Of a stretch of DNA of 64,000 bases, positions 24,838-35,325 are shown one piece after another (position 1 is the stretch's first letter; every line of letters begins with the position of its first letter). The DNA is from Oscillospiraceae bacterium (lineage in GTDB: Bacteria; Bacillota; Clostridia; Oscillospirales; Oscillospiraceae), in NCBI GenBank assembly GCA_045642405.1, contig JAZUIU010000028.1:21856-85855 (forward strand), written 5' to 3'. The notes under the pieces are model-generated. The model was not told the DNA's origin. It did no database searches and saw only the letters and a program-made list of their open reading frames with translations. A program made the translations under genes and the position numbers.

Positions 24838-26232
24838 ATGGATCGAATGAAAATTGCCGCTCTTTATGCCGACAGTGATACACTCGGCGGCAAAGAGATC
24901 GTTGTCTGCGGCTGGGTGAAAACCATCCGCGATATGAAGACATTCGGCTTTATCGAGTTGAATGACGGTTCCTGCTTCCGCAATCTGCAAGTGGTGATGG
25001 ATGCCGGTGCGCTTTCCAACTACGCCGAGATCGCTGCGCAAAATGTCGGTGCCGCTCTCATCGTGCGCGGCACGGTCGTCCTGACGCCCGATGCCAAGCA
25101 GCCGTTGGAACTCAAAGCGCAAAGTATTGATGTTGAAGGCATTTCCACACCCGATTATCCTTTGCAGAAAAAGCGCCATACGGTCGAGTATCTGCGCACC
25201 ATCCAGCATTTGCGTCCGCGCACCAATCTCTTCTCCGCCGCATTCCGCGTGAGAAGCGCCGCCGCCTATGCCATCCATGAGTTTTTCCAATCCCGCGGTT
25301 TTGTCTACATCAATACGCCGATCATCACCGGCTCCGACTGTGAGGGTGCAGGCGAAATGTTCCAGGTCACCACATTGGATCTGGACAACCTTCCCCGCAC
25401 GAAAGACGGCAAAGTCGATTATTCACAGGACTTTTTCGGCAAGAAAACCAGCCTGACCGTCTCCGGTCAGCTCAATGCCGAAAACTTCGCCATGGCATTC
25501 GGCGATGTCTACACCTTCGGTCCGACCTTCCGCGCCGAAAATTCCAACACCGCGCGCCATGCCGCCGAGTTCTGGATGATCGAACCGGAAATGGCATTTT
25601 GCGATCTGGACGGCGACCTCGTGGTAATGGAAGCCATGGTCAAGCACATCATCCGCAGTGTAATGGAGCGTTGTCCGGATGACCTCAATTTCTTCAACAG
25701 TTTTGTGGATAAAGGTCTTTTGGAGCGTCTCAACAGCGTCATCTCCTCCGACTTCGGCCGTGTCACCTACACCGAAGCCGTCAAGATTTTGCAAGAGAGC
25801 GGTGAAAAGTTCGATTATCCCGTCTCCTGGGGCATCGACTTGCAGACCGAGCATGAGCGCTATCTCACCGAAAAGGTCTTCAAACGCCCGATTTTTGTCA
25901 CCGATTATCCGCAGGAGATCAAGGCATTTTATATGCGCCTCAATGACGACGGTAAAACCGTTGCCGCCGCGGACTGCCTCGTTCCCGGTATCGGCGAGAT
26001 CATCGGCGGCAGTCAGCGCGAAGAGCGTCTGCCCCTTTTGGAAAAGCGCATCCGCGATCTCGGTATGAATCCCGATGATTATTGGTGGTACAACGATTTG
26101 CGCCGTTACGGTTCCTGCCGTCACGCCGGTTTCGGTCTCGGCTTTGAGCGCATGGTGATGTACCTCACCGGCATCACCAACATCCGCGATGTGGAACTGC
26201 ATCCCCGTACGGTCGGCAACGCATTATTCTGA
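24838..26232 (+). CDS. asnS: Asparagine--tRNA ligase
   Basis: OB-fold GWVKT; [50 protein letters not shown]. Confidence 0.96.
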   Translation: MDRMKIAALYADSDTLGGKEIVVCGWVKTIRDMKTFGFIELNDGSCFRNLQVVMDAGALSNYAEIAAQNVGAALIVRGTVVLTPDAKQPLELKAQSIDVEGISTPDYPLQKKRHTVEYLRTIQHLRPRTNLFSAAFRVRSAAAYAIHEFFQSRGFVYINTPIITGSDCEGAGEMFQVTTLDLDNLPRTKDGKVDYSQDFFGKKTSLTVSGQLNAENFAMAFGDVYTFGPTFRAENSNTARHAAEFWMIEPEMAFCDLDGDLVVMEAMVKHIIRSVMERCPDDLNFFNSFVDKGLLERLNSVISSDFGRVTYTEAVKILQESGEKFDYPVSWGIDLQTEHERYLTEKVFKRPIFVTDYPQEIKAFYMRLNDDGKTVAAADCLVPGIGEIIGGSQREERLPLLEKRIRDLGMNPDDYWWYNDLRRYGSCRHAGFGLGFERMVMYLTGITNIRDVELHPRTVGNALF

Positions 26233-26242
26233 TCTATTTGAC

Positions 26243-26281
26243 AAAAGAGACATCCCAAGTGTATTTGGGATGTCTCTTTTT
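26243..26281. terminator. Bidirectional terminator between asnS and carB
   Basis: AAAAGAGACATCCCAA-GTGTAT-TTGGGATGTCTCTTTT. Confidence 0.85.
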
Positions 26282-26289
26282 GCTTTTGC

Positions 26290-29200
26290 TTATTTTTCGT
26301 TGATATTGACAAGATGCGTATTCGTCTGGTCGTATTGCGCGCTGACCACATCGGCAAGTGCCAAAGCGGTGTCGATCGAAGTCATACACGGAATGCCCAA
26401 ATTCATCGTTTTGCGGTGCAACTGCCGGAAATCGCCGACCGAACTGTCCATCACGGCACCGGTATAGACCACATAACTGACCTCTCCGCTTTCCAAAAGG
26501 TCATAAATATCGTTGTTCTCCCAAACATTATGGGCAGTCGTCACATCCATACCGCGCATTCGGATCGCATTTGCCGTATCGGGTGTGGCATAAAGGCGGA
26601 TCCCCAAATCCGTAAACTTTTCGGCAAGACGGATGGCATCCGAATAATCGTAATCTTCCACCGAGATCAAAATCCCGTTTTTGCGGTTCGTCTCCTCCGA
26701 CCGGACATCAATACCGCTTGCGGTAAGTCCTTTGTAAAGCGCCTCGGTTTTGGTACGCCCGATGCCGAGCACCTCACCGGTGGATTTCATCTCCGGTCCC
26801 ATAATTGAGTTGGCATCGGATATTTTTTCAAAACTGAACACCGGCACCTTGACGGCATAGTACTTTGCCGCCGGCGCAAGACCTTCACGATAGCCCATAT
26901 CGGAAAGTTTCTCACCGAGCATCACGCGGCCGGCAAGCTCCACCATCGGGATCCCCGTCACTTTGCTGATATAAGGCACCGTGCGGCTGGCGCGCGGATT
27001 GACCTCGATCACATAGAGTTTGTTTTCGTAGACCAGATACTGGATATTGACAATGCCTTTCGTTCCGAGCCCCCTTGCCATTTTGACGGAGGCTTCGCAC
27101 ACACTTTTGGTCATCGACTCGGAGAGATTGTACGGCGGATAAACAGCGATTGAATCGCCCGAGTGGACACCGGCGCGTTCAATATGTTCCATAATGCCCG
27201 GTATCATTACCGTCACTCCGTCCGAGATGCAGTCCACTTCCAATTCCGTACCCGGCATATATTTGTCCACCAAAACCGAATTGGTAATACCGCCGGAGAG
27301 GATTTCCGACATATAGGTTTTGACATCTTCCGCGCTGCGAACAACGCTCATCCCCTGCCCACCGATCACATAGGACGGACGAAGCAGCACGGGATACCCG
27401 AGTATTTTGGCGGCGATGAGGGCTTCTTCCACCGTGTTGACGGATACCGCTTTTGGGCGGCGCATCCCGATATCTTCCAAAAAAGCATCGAACTTTTCCC
27501 GATCCTCGGCAATATCAATCCCTTCGGCGGAAGTACCCAATATGGTAACACCGTTGCGATCAAGGTATTCCGCCAATTTGATGGCGGTCTGACCGCCGAA
27601 AGCCACCACGACGCCAAGCGGTTTTTCGGTGCGGATCACATTCATCACATCTTCCGCCGTCACGGGCTCGAAATAAAGTTTGTCGGCGGTATCATAATCA
27701 GTGGAGACCGTTTCGGGATTGTTGTTGATGATGATCACTTCATATCCGAGATTGCGAAGCACCTCAACGCATTTGACGGAACTGTAATCAAACTCGATCC
27801 CTTGTCCGATCCGAATGGGACCGGAACCGAGAACGAGTATTTTTTTGTCGTTTCCGGCAACTTCTGCGCTCTCTTTCGTCTCATCAAAATAGGAATAGTA
27901 ATACGCCGTCGGTCCGAATGCCCCTTTGCAGGTGTCGACCGCACGGTAATGCGCGTCGAGATGCAGCGGAAGTTCGGATTTTGAAAGTTCACGCAGGGCT
28001 TTATCCGTATAACCGAGTTTCTTTCCTTCGATATACTGCTCTTTTGTAATGCCGCCTTCGATTTTCTTCTCAAAATCGGCAAGATGCTTGATTTTTTCGA
28101 TAAAGAACGGGTTGATCATCGTAATACGGCAGATCTCTTCCACCGAAATGCCGGATTTGAGCGCCTCAAACACCGTAAAGATACGAACATCGTTGACTCT
28201 GTTGAGTCTCTTTTCAAGAGGTGCACCGCTCATAGAGGTCCTGTTCATGGTTTCCTGCTTGATCTCCGCGCCGCGGACCGCCTTCATCAGTGCCTTCTCG
28301 ACCGTTGCGCCGATCGCCATCACTTCGCCGGTGGCTTTCATCTGCGTGCCGAGTTTGCGGCTGGTATTGGTAAATTTATCAAAAGGCCAGCGAGGGAATT
28401 TCAAAACGATATAATCCACATCCGGCTCCGTTGCCGCCGTTCCCTCGGCATTCGGATCAAAGGTGATCTCATCAAGATGATAGCCGAGCGCGATCATTGT
28501 CGTGACTTTAGCAATGGGATAGCCCGTTGCTTTGCTTGCCAGAGCGGAGGAACGGGAAACGCGCGGATTGACCTCGATGACATAGTATTGACTCGTCTTG
28601 GGATCGTAGGCAAATTGACAGTTGCATCCGCCCTCGATCTTCAACGCTTCCACGATGGCAAAAGAGGCATCTTTCAACATCGTCAAATCTTTTTCCGGAA
28701 GTGTCAGCGCAGGTGCTACGACAATGGAATCTCCGGTGTGAACACCGACCGGATCAATGTTTTCCATACTGCAAACGATGATCGCCTTTCCTGAGGCATC
28801 GCGCACAACTTCAAACTCGATCTCTTCCCATCCGACGATATATTTTTCAACTAAAATCTGATGGATCGGTGATGCGTCCAGTCCTGTCGCCGCCGCCGTT
28901 ACCATTTCCTCATGGGAATAGGCGACCCCGCCGCCGCCACCGCCGAGTGTGAAGGCAGGGCGAATGATGACGGGATATCCGATCCGATCCGCGATAGTGA
29001 GCGCATCTTCCAACTTTTCCGCCGTACCCGAGGCAATGGTGGGCACGCCGATCTCCGCCATGCTGTCTTTGAACAGCTGTCTGTCCTCGGCGCGGCTGAT
29101 GCTCTCGGCATTGGTGCCCAAAAGGCGCACATTTCGGCTTTTCAAAAAGCCGCACTTATCCAGTTCCATCGCCATGGTCAGCCCCGTTTGCCCGCCGAGT

Positions 29201-29463
29201 CCTGCCAAAACGCAATCCGGCTTTTCCGCATCAATGATGCGTTTGAGCGTTTGGATGGTAAGCGGTTCAAGATAGATTGCATCCGCCATGGATTGGTCTG
29301 TCATAATCGTGGCAGGATTGGAATTGACCAGCACGATCTCCAGATTTTCTTTTTTCAGTATTTTGCACGCCTGCGTGCCTGCGTAGTCAAACTCAGCCGC
29401 CTGTCCGATGACAATCGGGCCACTGCCGATGACCAACACTTTTTTTATATTTTGATCTCTCAT
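26290..29463 (-). CDS. carB: Carbamoyl-phosphate synthase large subunit
   Basis: Duplicated ATP-grasp halves (IGSGPIVIGQAAEFDY; LGSGPIRIGQGIEFDY), IEVNPRVSRSS, IEVNPRASRT, C-terminal MGS domain. Confidence 0.95.
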   Translation of the reverse strand: MRDQNIKKVLVIGSGPIVIGQAAEFDYAGTQACKILKKENLEIVLVNSNPATIMTDQSMADAIYLEPLTIQTLKRIIDAEKPDCVLAGLGGQTGLTMAMELDKCGFLKSRNVRLLGTNAESISRAEDRQLFKDSMAEIGVPTIASGTAEKLEDALTIADRIGYPVIIRPAFTLGGGGGGVAYSHEEMVTAAATGLDASPIHQILVEKYIVGWEEIEFEVVRDASGKAIIVCSMENIDPVGVHTGDSIVVAPALTLPEKDLTMLKDASFAIVEALKIEGGCNCQFAYDPKTSQYYVIEVNPRVSRSSALASKATGYPIAKVTTMIALGYHLDEITFDPNAEGTAATEPDVDYIVLKFPRWPFDKFTNTSRKLGTQMKATGEVMAIGATVEKALMKAVRGAEIKQETMNRTSMSGAPLEKRLNRVNDVRIFTVFEALKSGISVEEICRITMINPFFIEKIKHLADFEKKIEGGITKEQYIEGKKLGYTDKALRELSKSELPLHLDAHYRAVDTCKGAFGPTAYYYSYFDETKESAEVAGNDKKILVLGSGPIRIGQGIEFDYSSVKCVEVLRNLGYEVIIINNNPETVSTDYDTADKLYFEPVTAEDVMNVIRTEKPLGVVVAFGGQTAIKLAEYLDRNGVTILGTSAEGIDIAEDREKFDAFLEDIGMRRPKAVSVNTVEEALIAAKILGYPVLLRPSYVIGGQGMSVVRSAEDVKTYMSEILSGGITNSVLVDKYMPGTELEVDCISDGVTVMIPGIMEHIERAGVHSGDSIAVYPPYNLSESMTKSVCEASVKMARGLGTKGIVNIQYLVYENKLYVIEVNPRASRTVPYISKVTGIPMVELAGRVMLGEKLSDMGYREGLAPAAKYYAVKVPVFSFEKISDANSIMGPEMKSTGEVLGIGRTKTEALYKGLTASGIDVRSEETNRKNGILISVEDYDYSDAIRLAEKFTDLGIRLYATPDTANAIRMRGMDVTTAHNVWENNDIYDLLESGEVSYVVYTGAVMDSSVGDFRQLHRKTMNLGIPCMTSIDTALALADVVSAQYDQTNTHLVNINEK

Positions 29464-29465
29464 CT

Positions 29466-30641
29466 TTACACCGGCTTCGCACACACCGCTTTGATCGTCG
29501 CAACGGCATTTTTCAAATCGTCCCATGAAATATTCAAAGCAGGAAGCAGTCTCACTTTATCTTTTGCCGTGAGACACAAAACGCCTTGTTCCATGCACGC
29601 TTTCACAACATCCGCGGCAGGTGCAACGGGTTTCACACCGATCATCAATCCCATACCGCTGACACATTCGATCCCCTTTGCGCCTCGGAAGGCTTCCAAG
29701 ACAAATTGACTCTTTTCCCGCACTTCGGCAAGAAGCGCATCATCGATCCTTGAAAGAATACTGACCGCAGCGGCACAACAGACGGGGTTTCCGCCAAATG
29801 TCGTGCCGTGATCGCCAAAGCCAAACACATCCTGCACCTTTTCACTCAGCAGCGTAGCGCCGAGCGGAAGTCCGCCGGAGAGACCTTTGGCGGTGGAAAC
29901 AATGTCGGGATGAATACCGAAATTCATATAGGAGTAGAGTTGTCCCGTACGCCCGTTGCCCGTTTGCACCTCGTCAATGATCAAAAGCGCACCGTTATCA
30001 CGGCACCATTGTTCCGCGCCCTTGATAAACTCCGCCGGAAGAGGAAGCACTCCGCCTTCCCCTTGGATGCACTCCATCATCACGGCGGCGATTTTCGTCG
30101 TTTTGCCCAAAGTTTCCAACGCGCCGATCTCCGGATCAATGCTGACGAAGCCCGGCGTAAGCGGTCGGAACAGTTCGTGATAATGCTCTTGCCCCGTCGC
30201 CGCAAGTGTAGTGAGGGTACGACCGTGGAAACTGTTGTTGATCGTCACGATCGTATAACGATCCTCACCGTAAGTGTCGGACGCATATTTTCGCGCCGCT
30301 TTGATGGCGCACTCATTTGCCTCGGCACCGGAATTGGAAAAGAAGACCTTTTTCATACCGGTTTTTTGACAAAGCAGTTCCGCAAGATTGACGCACGGAT
30401 CGGTATAGTACAAGTTCGACATGTGCTGTACTTTTGCGATCTGTTCCGTGATCGCCGCCTGCCATCTGTCGTCAGCGATGCCGAATGAAGTCACGCCGAT
30501 GCCCGATCCCATATCAATATATTTTTTCCCGTCGCTATCGTAAACAACAGAGCCTTTTCCCTTTACGATATTCACCGGAAATCTGTTGTAAGTTCCTGCG
30601 ATGTATTGTTTATCGCGCTCAAATATATTGTTCGCTGCCAT
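29466..30641 (-). CDS. argD: Acetylornithine aminotransferase
   Basis: FFSNSGAEANE, SFHGRT, IQGEGGV, DEVQTGNGRTG, AKGLSGG, HGTTFGGNP. Confidence 0.93.
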   Translation of the reverse strand: MAANNIFERDKQYIAGTYNRFPVNIVKGKGSVVYDSDGKKYIDMGSGIGVTSFGIADDRWQAAITEQIAKVQHMSNLYYTDPCVNLAELLCQKTGMKKVFFSNSGAEANECAIKAARKYASDTYGEDRYTIVTINNSFHGRTLTTLAATGQEHYHELFRPLTPGFVSIDPEIGALETLGKTTKIAAVMMECIQGEGGVLPLPAEFIKGAEQWCRDNGALLIIDEVQTGNGRTGQLYSYMNFGIHPDIVSTAKGLSGGLPLGATLLSEKVQDVFGFGDHGTTFGGNPVCCAAAVSILSRIDDALLAEVREKSQFVLEAFRGAKGIECVSGMGLMIGVKPVAPAADVVKACMEQGVLCLTAKDKVRLLPALNISWDDLKNAVATIKAVCAKPV

Positions 30642-30642
30642 A

Positions 30643-31509
30643 TCATTCATCTCCATATACCATTGTTCCCACACCTTCGTCCGTCAGCAATTCCATCAAA
30701 ATTGCGTGCGGAACTCTGCCGTCCATCACGACGACTTTTTTTACACCTTTTTTGACCGCAGTCACACAGCAATCGATCTTCGGGATCATACCGCCGGCGA
30801 TCACGCCCTTAGCTTTGAGATCCAATGCCTCGTTCACCGTCAAAGACGCAACGAGCGATGAAGGATCCTCTTTATCCATCAAAACGCCGGCAATATCGGT
30901 CATCATGATCAGGCGCTCGGCTTCAAGTGCACCGGCAATATATGCCGCGACCGTGTCACCGTTAATGTTATAGGTATTGCCCTGTTTGTCGCACCCCAAG
31001 GTAGCAACCACAGGAATATAGTCCTTTTCCAAAAGGTCGCTTAAAAGAGAACTGTTGATCTTTGTGATCTCCCCGACATATCCGAGCCGTTCGTCTTTCG
31101 TCCTTGCCTCGACCAGCCGTCCGTCCATTCCGGAAACGCCGATCGCTTTCCCTCCTGCCGCTTCGATCAAGTTGACCAGCGACTTGTTGATCTTACCGGC
31201 AAGTACCATCTGCGCAATATCCATCGTTTCCCGATCGGTCACGCGCAGTCCGTCTACAAATTCGGCTTTTTTGCCGAGTCGGTTCATCAGATCACTGATC
31301 TCGGGACCGCCGCCGTGTACCAGCACGACCTTCACACCGATCAAGCGAAGCAGTGCAATATCCTGCATGACCTGTTGCTGTAATTCGCGATTGATCATGG
31401 CGTTTCCGCCGTACTTGATAACCACGGTTTTCCCGACATAGCGTTTCATATACGAAAGTGCCTGTGTCAGCACTTCCGCCCGTTCAAAATTTGAAAACAC
31501 TTCACTCAT
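30643..31509 (-). CDS. argB: Acetylglutamate kinase
   Basis: VIKYGGNAM, VHGGGPEI, GLRVTD, NINGD, GGMIPK. Confidence 0.95.
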   Translation of the reverse strand: MSEVFSNFERAEVLTQALSYMKRYVGKTVVIKYGGNAMINRELQQQVMQDIALLRLIGVKVVLVHGGGPEISDLMNRLGKKAEFVDGLRVTDRETMDIAQMVLAGKINKSLVNLIEAAGGKAIGVSGMDGRLVEARTKDERLGYVGEITKINSSLLSDLLEKDYIPVVATLGCDKQGNTYNINGDTVAAYIAGALEAERLIMMTDIAGVLMDKEDPSSLVASLTVNEALDLKAKGVIAGGMIPKIDCCVTAVKKGVKKVVVMDGRVPHAILMELLTDEGVGTMVYGDE

Positions 31510-31523
31510 ATCCGTTCCTCCGA

Positions 31524-32738
31524 TCAAGTGCGGTAGTCGCCGTTGATCTTGACATAATCGTATGTAAGGTCGCAGCCCCACGCCGTAGCGGCGGCATCGC
31601 CCTCACCGAGGGAAACCAGAATGTCGATCTCATCTTGCAAAAGGATCTCTTTCGCCTTTTCTTCGGAAAAATCGACACCGGCACCGTTCCGGCAAACCTC
31701 GATCGTGCCTTTCACGCTTTTGAACGACACGCCGATCTTGTCAACATCGACTGCCGCACCGCTGTACCCGATCGCACAAAGCACTCTCCCCCAGTTGGCA
31801 TCGGCACCGAATAACGCCGCTTTCAAAAGGTTGGAGCAGATGACGCTTTTTGCAACGGTTTTTGCCGTCTTTTCGTCTTTTGCACCACTGACTTTGCATT
31901 CCAGAAGTTTTGTTGCACCTTCTCCGTCACCGGCTAACATACGGCACAGTTGAACGGTCACGGTATTGAGTGCTTTCATAAACGCGGCAAAGTCCTCGCC
32001 CTCTTTTGTGATCTCGGGATTGCCTGCCATTCCGTTCGCCATAACGGAAACCATATCGTTGGTCGAAGTATCACCGTCGATACTGACCATATTAAAGGTG
32101 TTTTGCACATCGGCAGAGAGTGCCTTTTGCAGCATCTCGGGAGAAATGGCGACATCGCTCGTAATGAATACCAGTGTCGTTGCCATATTCGGATGGATCA
32201 TACCGCTCCCCTTGGCAATACCACCGATGCGGCACTCCTTGCCGCTTAATGTAAAGGAAACGGCAACGCTTTTCATAATGGTATCGGTCGTCATAATGCT
32301 CTCGGCGGCATATTCATTTCCGTCTTTTGAAAGTGTTTTGACAAGTTCCGGAATTCCGTTCGCAATGGGTGTAATATCCAGCGGCTGACCGATCACGCCC
32401 GTTGAAGCAACAATAATGTCGCTCGAAGATACGGAAAGTGCGTTTGCCGTCAGTTCACTCATTTTTTCGGCGATCTCAATACCGTTTGCGTTGCAGGTAT
32501 TTGCGTTTCCGCTGTTGCAGATGACTGCCTGTGCCTTTCCGTCAGCCAAATGCGCCTTGGTCACGATCAAAGGGGCTCCCTTCACCAGATTGGTCGTATA
32601 GACAGCGGCGGCGCTTGCCGCCTTTTCACTGAAAATAAGAGCAATGTCTCTCTTGGTCTTATTTTTGCGAATGCCGCAGTGAATTCCGCTTGCCCGAAAA
32701 CCTTTTGCGGCACAAACGCCGCCTTGTATGATCTCCAT
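31524..32738 (-). CDS. argJ: Bifunctional ornithine acetyltransferase / N-acetylglutamate synthase
   Basis: NSGNAN, STGVIG, AKGSGMIHPNMAT, DGDTSTNDM, DGEGATK, NWGR, WGCDLT. Confidence 0.95.
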   Translation of the reverse strand: MEIIQGGVCAAKGFRASGIHCGIRKNKTKRDIALIFSEKAASAAAVYTTNLVKGAPLIVTKAHLADGKAQAVICNSGNANTCNANGIEIAEKMSELTANALSVSSSDIIVASTGVIGQPLDITPIANGIPELVKTLSKDGNEYAAESIMTTDTIMKSVAVSFTLSGKECRIGGIAKGSGMIHPNMATTLVFITSDVAISPEMLQKALSADVQNTFNMVSIDGDTSTNDMVSVMANGMAGNPEITKEGEDFAAFMKALNTVTVQLCRMLAGDGEGATKLLECKVSGAKDEKTAKTVAKSVICSNLLKAALFGADANWGRVLCAIGYSGAAVDVDKIGVSFKSVKGTIEVCRNGAGVDFSEEKAKEILLQDEIDILVSLGEGDAAATAWGCDLTYDYVKINGDYRT

Positions 32739-32740
32739 GA

Positions 32741-33670
32741 TTATCCTCCTATGTTAAGTCCTGTGGTTTCCTCGATACCGAGTACAATGTTCATATTCTG
32801 AATAGCGGCGCCCGAAGCACCTTTTCCCAGATTGTCAAATCGGGACACAAGGGTGATCCGCTCTGCATTGCCGAAAACGCCGATCTGCATATCGTCACGC
32901 CCCGACAGTTTTCCTGCGGACAAAAATCCGTTTTCATCGCCGTCTTCGCAAAAACGCACGACCGGACCTTGATAATATTCCCGATAAACGGATCGGATCG
33001 TCTCCAAATCGCCGTCCGCCTGCGATGCAAAAAGCGATACGACCACTTCCATCCCCGAATAGAAGGAGGAGACGATCGGAGAGAAAACAGGCGGCGTATC
33101 AAGTCCGCACACTGCCGCCATCTCAGGCAGATGCTTGTGTTGTTGATTTAATCCGTATGTCCTGGGCGGAGATAAGGCCTCGCCGTTTTCGTCCGCCTGA
33201 TAATCTGCGATCATCTTTTTGCCGCCGCCGGAATATCCGGTCAGCGAAAAGCAGGTGAGTTTTTCCGTCCGCGCGATCACGCCTTTTTCAACAAGCGGTG
33301 CGACAAGCGAAATAAAGCCGCTTGCATGACACCCGGGATTTGCAATCCTTTTGGAATTTGCAATCTTTTCCCTTCTTTTGCCGATTTCGGGAAAACCGTA
33401 AGCCCAACCTTCCGCCGTCCTGTGTGCAGTTGAGGTGTCAATGATCACGGTTTCGGGGTTATTAAGCAGATCGACCGCTTCTTTGGCGGCAGCATCCGGA
33501 AGGCACAAAAATGCAACATCGGATGCATTGAGTGCCTCTTTTCGCGCTGACGGATCTTTTCGCAAAGCATCGCTGAGCAAAATGAGTTCGATATCCTTTC
33601 GCTCAGCAAGTCTTTCATATATTCTCAGCCCGGTCGTTCCGGCACTGCCGTCAATAAACACTTTTGTCAT
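32741..33670 (-). CDS. argC: N-acetyl-gamma-glutamyl-phosphate reductase (short type)
   Basis: FIDGSAGTTGL, FLCLP, IANPGCH, GYSGGG, DNLGKGASG. Confidence 0.93.
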   Translation of the reverse strand: MTKVFIDGSAGTTGLRIYERLAERKDIELILLSDALRKDPSARKEALNASDVAFLCLPDAAAKEAVDLLNNPETVIIDTSTAHRTAEGWAYGFPEIGKRREKIANSKRIANPGCHASGFISLVAPLVEKGVIARTEKLTCFSLTGYSGGGKKMIADYQADENGEALSPPRTYGLNQQHKHLPEMAAVCGLDTPPVFSPIVSSFYSGMEVVVSLFASQADGDLETIRSVYREYYQGPVVRFCEDGDENGFLSAGKLSGRDDMQIGVFGNAERITLVSRFDNLGKGASGAAIQNMNIVLGIEETTGLNIGG

Positions 33671-33707
33671 AATTCGATTTTCCATCCTCCGTCCGTTTTC
33701 ATTGCCT

Positions 33708-33777
33708 TATGAATAATTATTCTTTATTCACTGAATATTTACGCACTTATCATACTACCGTTTCCATTCTTTGTCAA
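33708..33777 (-). promoter_or_regulatory. arg operon promoter (TTGACA, 17 nt, TATGAT) with two downstream ARG-box-like sites
   Basis: -35 at 33777-33772 and -10 at 33754-33749. taTGAATAATTATTCttt (33708-33725) and acTGAATATTTACGCAct (33730-33747) resemble the ArgR consensus; they are spaced 4 bp rather than the usual 2-3. Confidence 0.55.
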
Positions 33778-33880
33778 TCGTTTTCTTTTATTTTTAATGA
33801 ATTTTTTACATTTTTTGAAAATTTTGCTTTATGCAAATCCATCAACTTTTTTGTGAATATTTTCTCTTTTGCTTTTTCAC

Positions 33881-33925
33881 AAAAAATGCACTCCGAAAGT
33901 CAAAGACTTACGGAGTGCATTTTTT
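33881..33925. terminator. Terminator downstream of nfnB
   Basis: AAAAAATGCACTCCG...CGGAGTGCATTTTTT. Confidence 0.8.
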
Positions 33926-33932
33926 CATCTTC

Positions 33933-35324
33933 TCACTTTTTATTCAGCTGCTCGTCAATGGACTTTGCGGCAAGTTTGCCTGCGCCCATTGCCAGAATAA
34001 CGGTCGCGGCGCCGGTCACGGCATCGCCGCCGGCATATACACCGTCATGAGAGGTCATACCTGCCTCGTTGACGATAATGCCGCCTTTTGGATTTACTTC
34101 CAACCCTGCGGTCGTGTCTTTGATGAGTGGATTGGGCGAAGTGCCGATCGCCATAATGACGCAATCAATCGGCAAATCGAAGTCGCTGCCGACTTTCTCA
34201 ACAGGACGGCGGCGACCGGAAGCATCCGGCTCACCGAGTTCCATTTCCACACAGGTCATCGAGGAAACATAGCCGTTTTCATCGCCCGTGATCTTCACGG
34301 GATTGTGCAGTGTCTTGAAGTTGATCCCCTCTTCGACGGCATGCGCCACTTCCTCCTTACGGGCAGGAAGTTCTTCCATACCGCGACGGTAAACTACATA
34401 GACATCCGCGCCCAAACGCTTGGCGCAGCGCGCGGCATCCATTGCCACATTACCGCCGCCGACCACGGCGACTTTTTTACCGTTCAGATCCATCAAAGGC
34501 GTGTCCGCTCCCTCGCGGTATGCTTTCATCAGATTGATACGGGTGAGAAATTCGTTGGCAGAATAAACGCCGCAGAGATTTTCACCGGGAATGTGCATAA
34601 AAACAGGAAGCCCTGCGCCCGAGCCGATAAACACCGCTTCAAAGCCGTACTGTTCCATCAATTCATCCACGGAAATAACGCGCCCGATGACCATATTGGT
34701 CTCGACCTTCACGCCCATGGCGATGAGAGACTCCACTTCCTTCTGCACGATCGCCTTTGGCAGACGGAATTCGGGAATACCGTACACCAAAACACCGCCG
34801 GCAAGGTGCAATGCTTCGAAAATCGTAACTTCGTAACCTTTTTTCGCCAAATCTCCGGCGCAGGTCAAACCACTCGGACCGGAACCGATGACCGCGACTT
34901 TGTGACCGTTGGATGCGGCTTTTTCCGTTTTCTGCTCGCTGTGCGCATTGTGCCAATCGGCAACAAAGCGTTCCAGATAACCGATGCCGACCGGTTCACC
35001 CTTTACACCGCGGATGCAGTACTTCTCGCACTGCTTCTCCTGCGGACAAACACGACCGCAAACGGCAGGCAGAGAACTCGTCTCAAAAATCGTCTGATAT
35101 GCGCCTTCAAAATCACGTTCGGTGATCTTTTGGATGAATGCCGGAATTTTCACCTGCACGGGGCATCCTTCCATACAGGGATGATTTTTGCAGTTGAGGC
35201 AGCGCTGTGCTTCCTCGACCGCCTGTTCTTCCGTATAGCCCAACGCAACTTCTTGGAAATTGCGGTTGCGGACATTGGGGTCCTGTGTGGGCATAACATT
35301 CTTTTGTAAAGACATATTCGCCAT
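33933..35324 (-). CDS. nfnB: NfnB / small-subunit glutamate-synthase-like (GltD/SudA) Fe-S flavoprotein
   Basis: RCLNCKNHPCMEGCPV, CGRVCPQEKQCE, IGSGPSGL, VGGGNVAMD, YRR, AGGDAVTG. Confidence 0.8.
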   Translation of the reverse strand: MANMSLQKNVMPTQDPNVRNRNFQEVALGYTEEQAVEEAQRCLNCKNHPCMEGCPVQVKIPAFIQKITERDFEGAYQTIFETSSLPAVCGRVCPQEKQCEKYCIRGVKGEPVGIGYLERFVADWHNAHSEQKTEKAASNGHKVAVIGSGPSGLTCAGDLAKKGYEVTIFEALHLAGGVLVYGIPEFRLPKAIVQKEVESLIAMGVKVETNMVIGRVISVDELMEQYGFEAVFIGSGAGLPVFMHIPGENLCGVYSANEFLTRINLMKAYREGADTPLMDLNGKKVAVVGGGNVAMDAARCAKRLGADVYVVYRRGMEELPARKEEVAHAVEEGINFKTLHNPVKITGDENGYVSSMTCVEMELGEPDASGRRRPVEKVGSDFDLPIDCVIMAIGTSPNPLIKDTTAGLEVNPKGGIIVNEAGMTSHDGVYAGGDAVTGAATVILAMGAGKLAAKSIDEQLNKK

Positions 35325-35325
35325 C

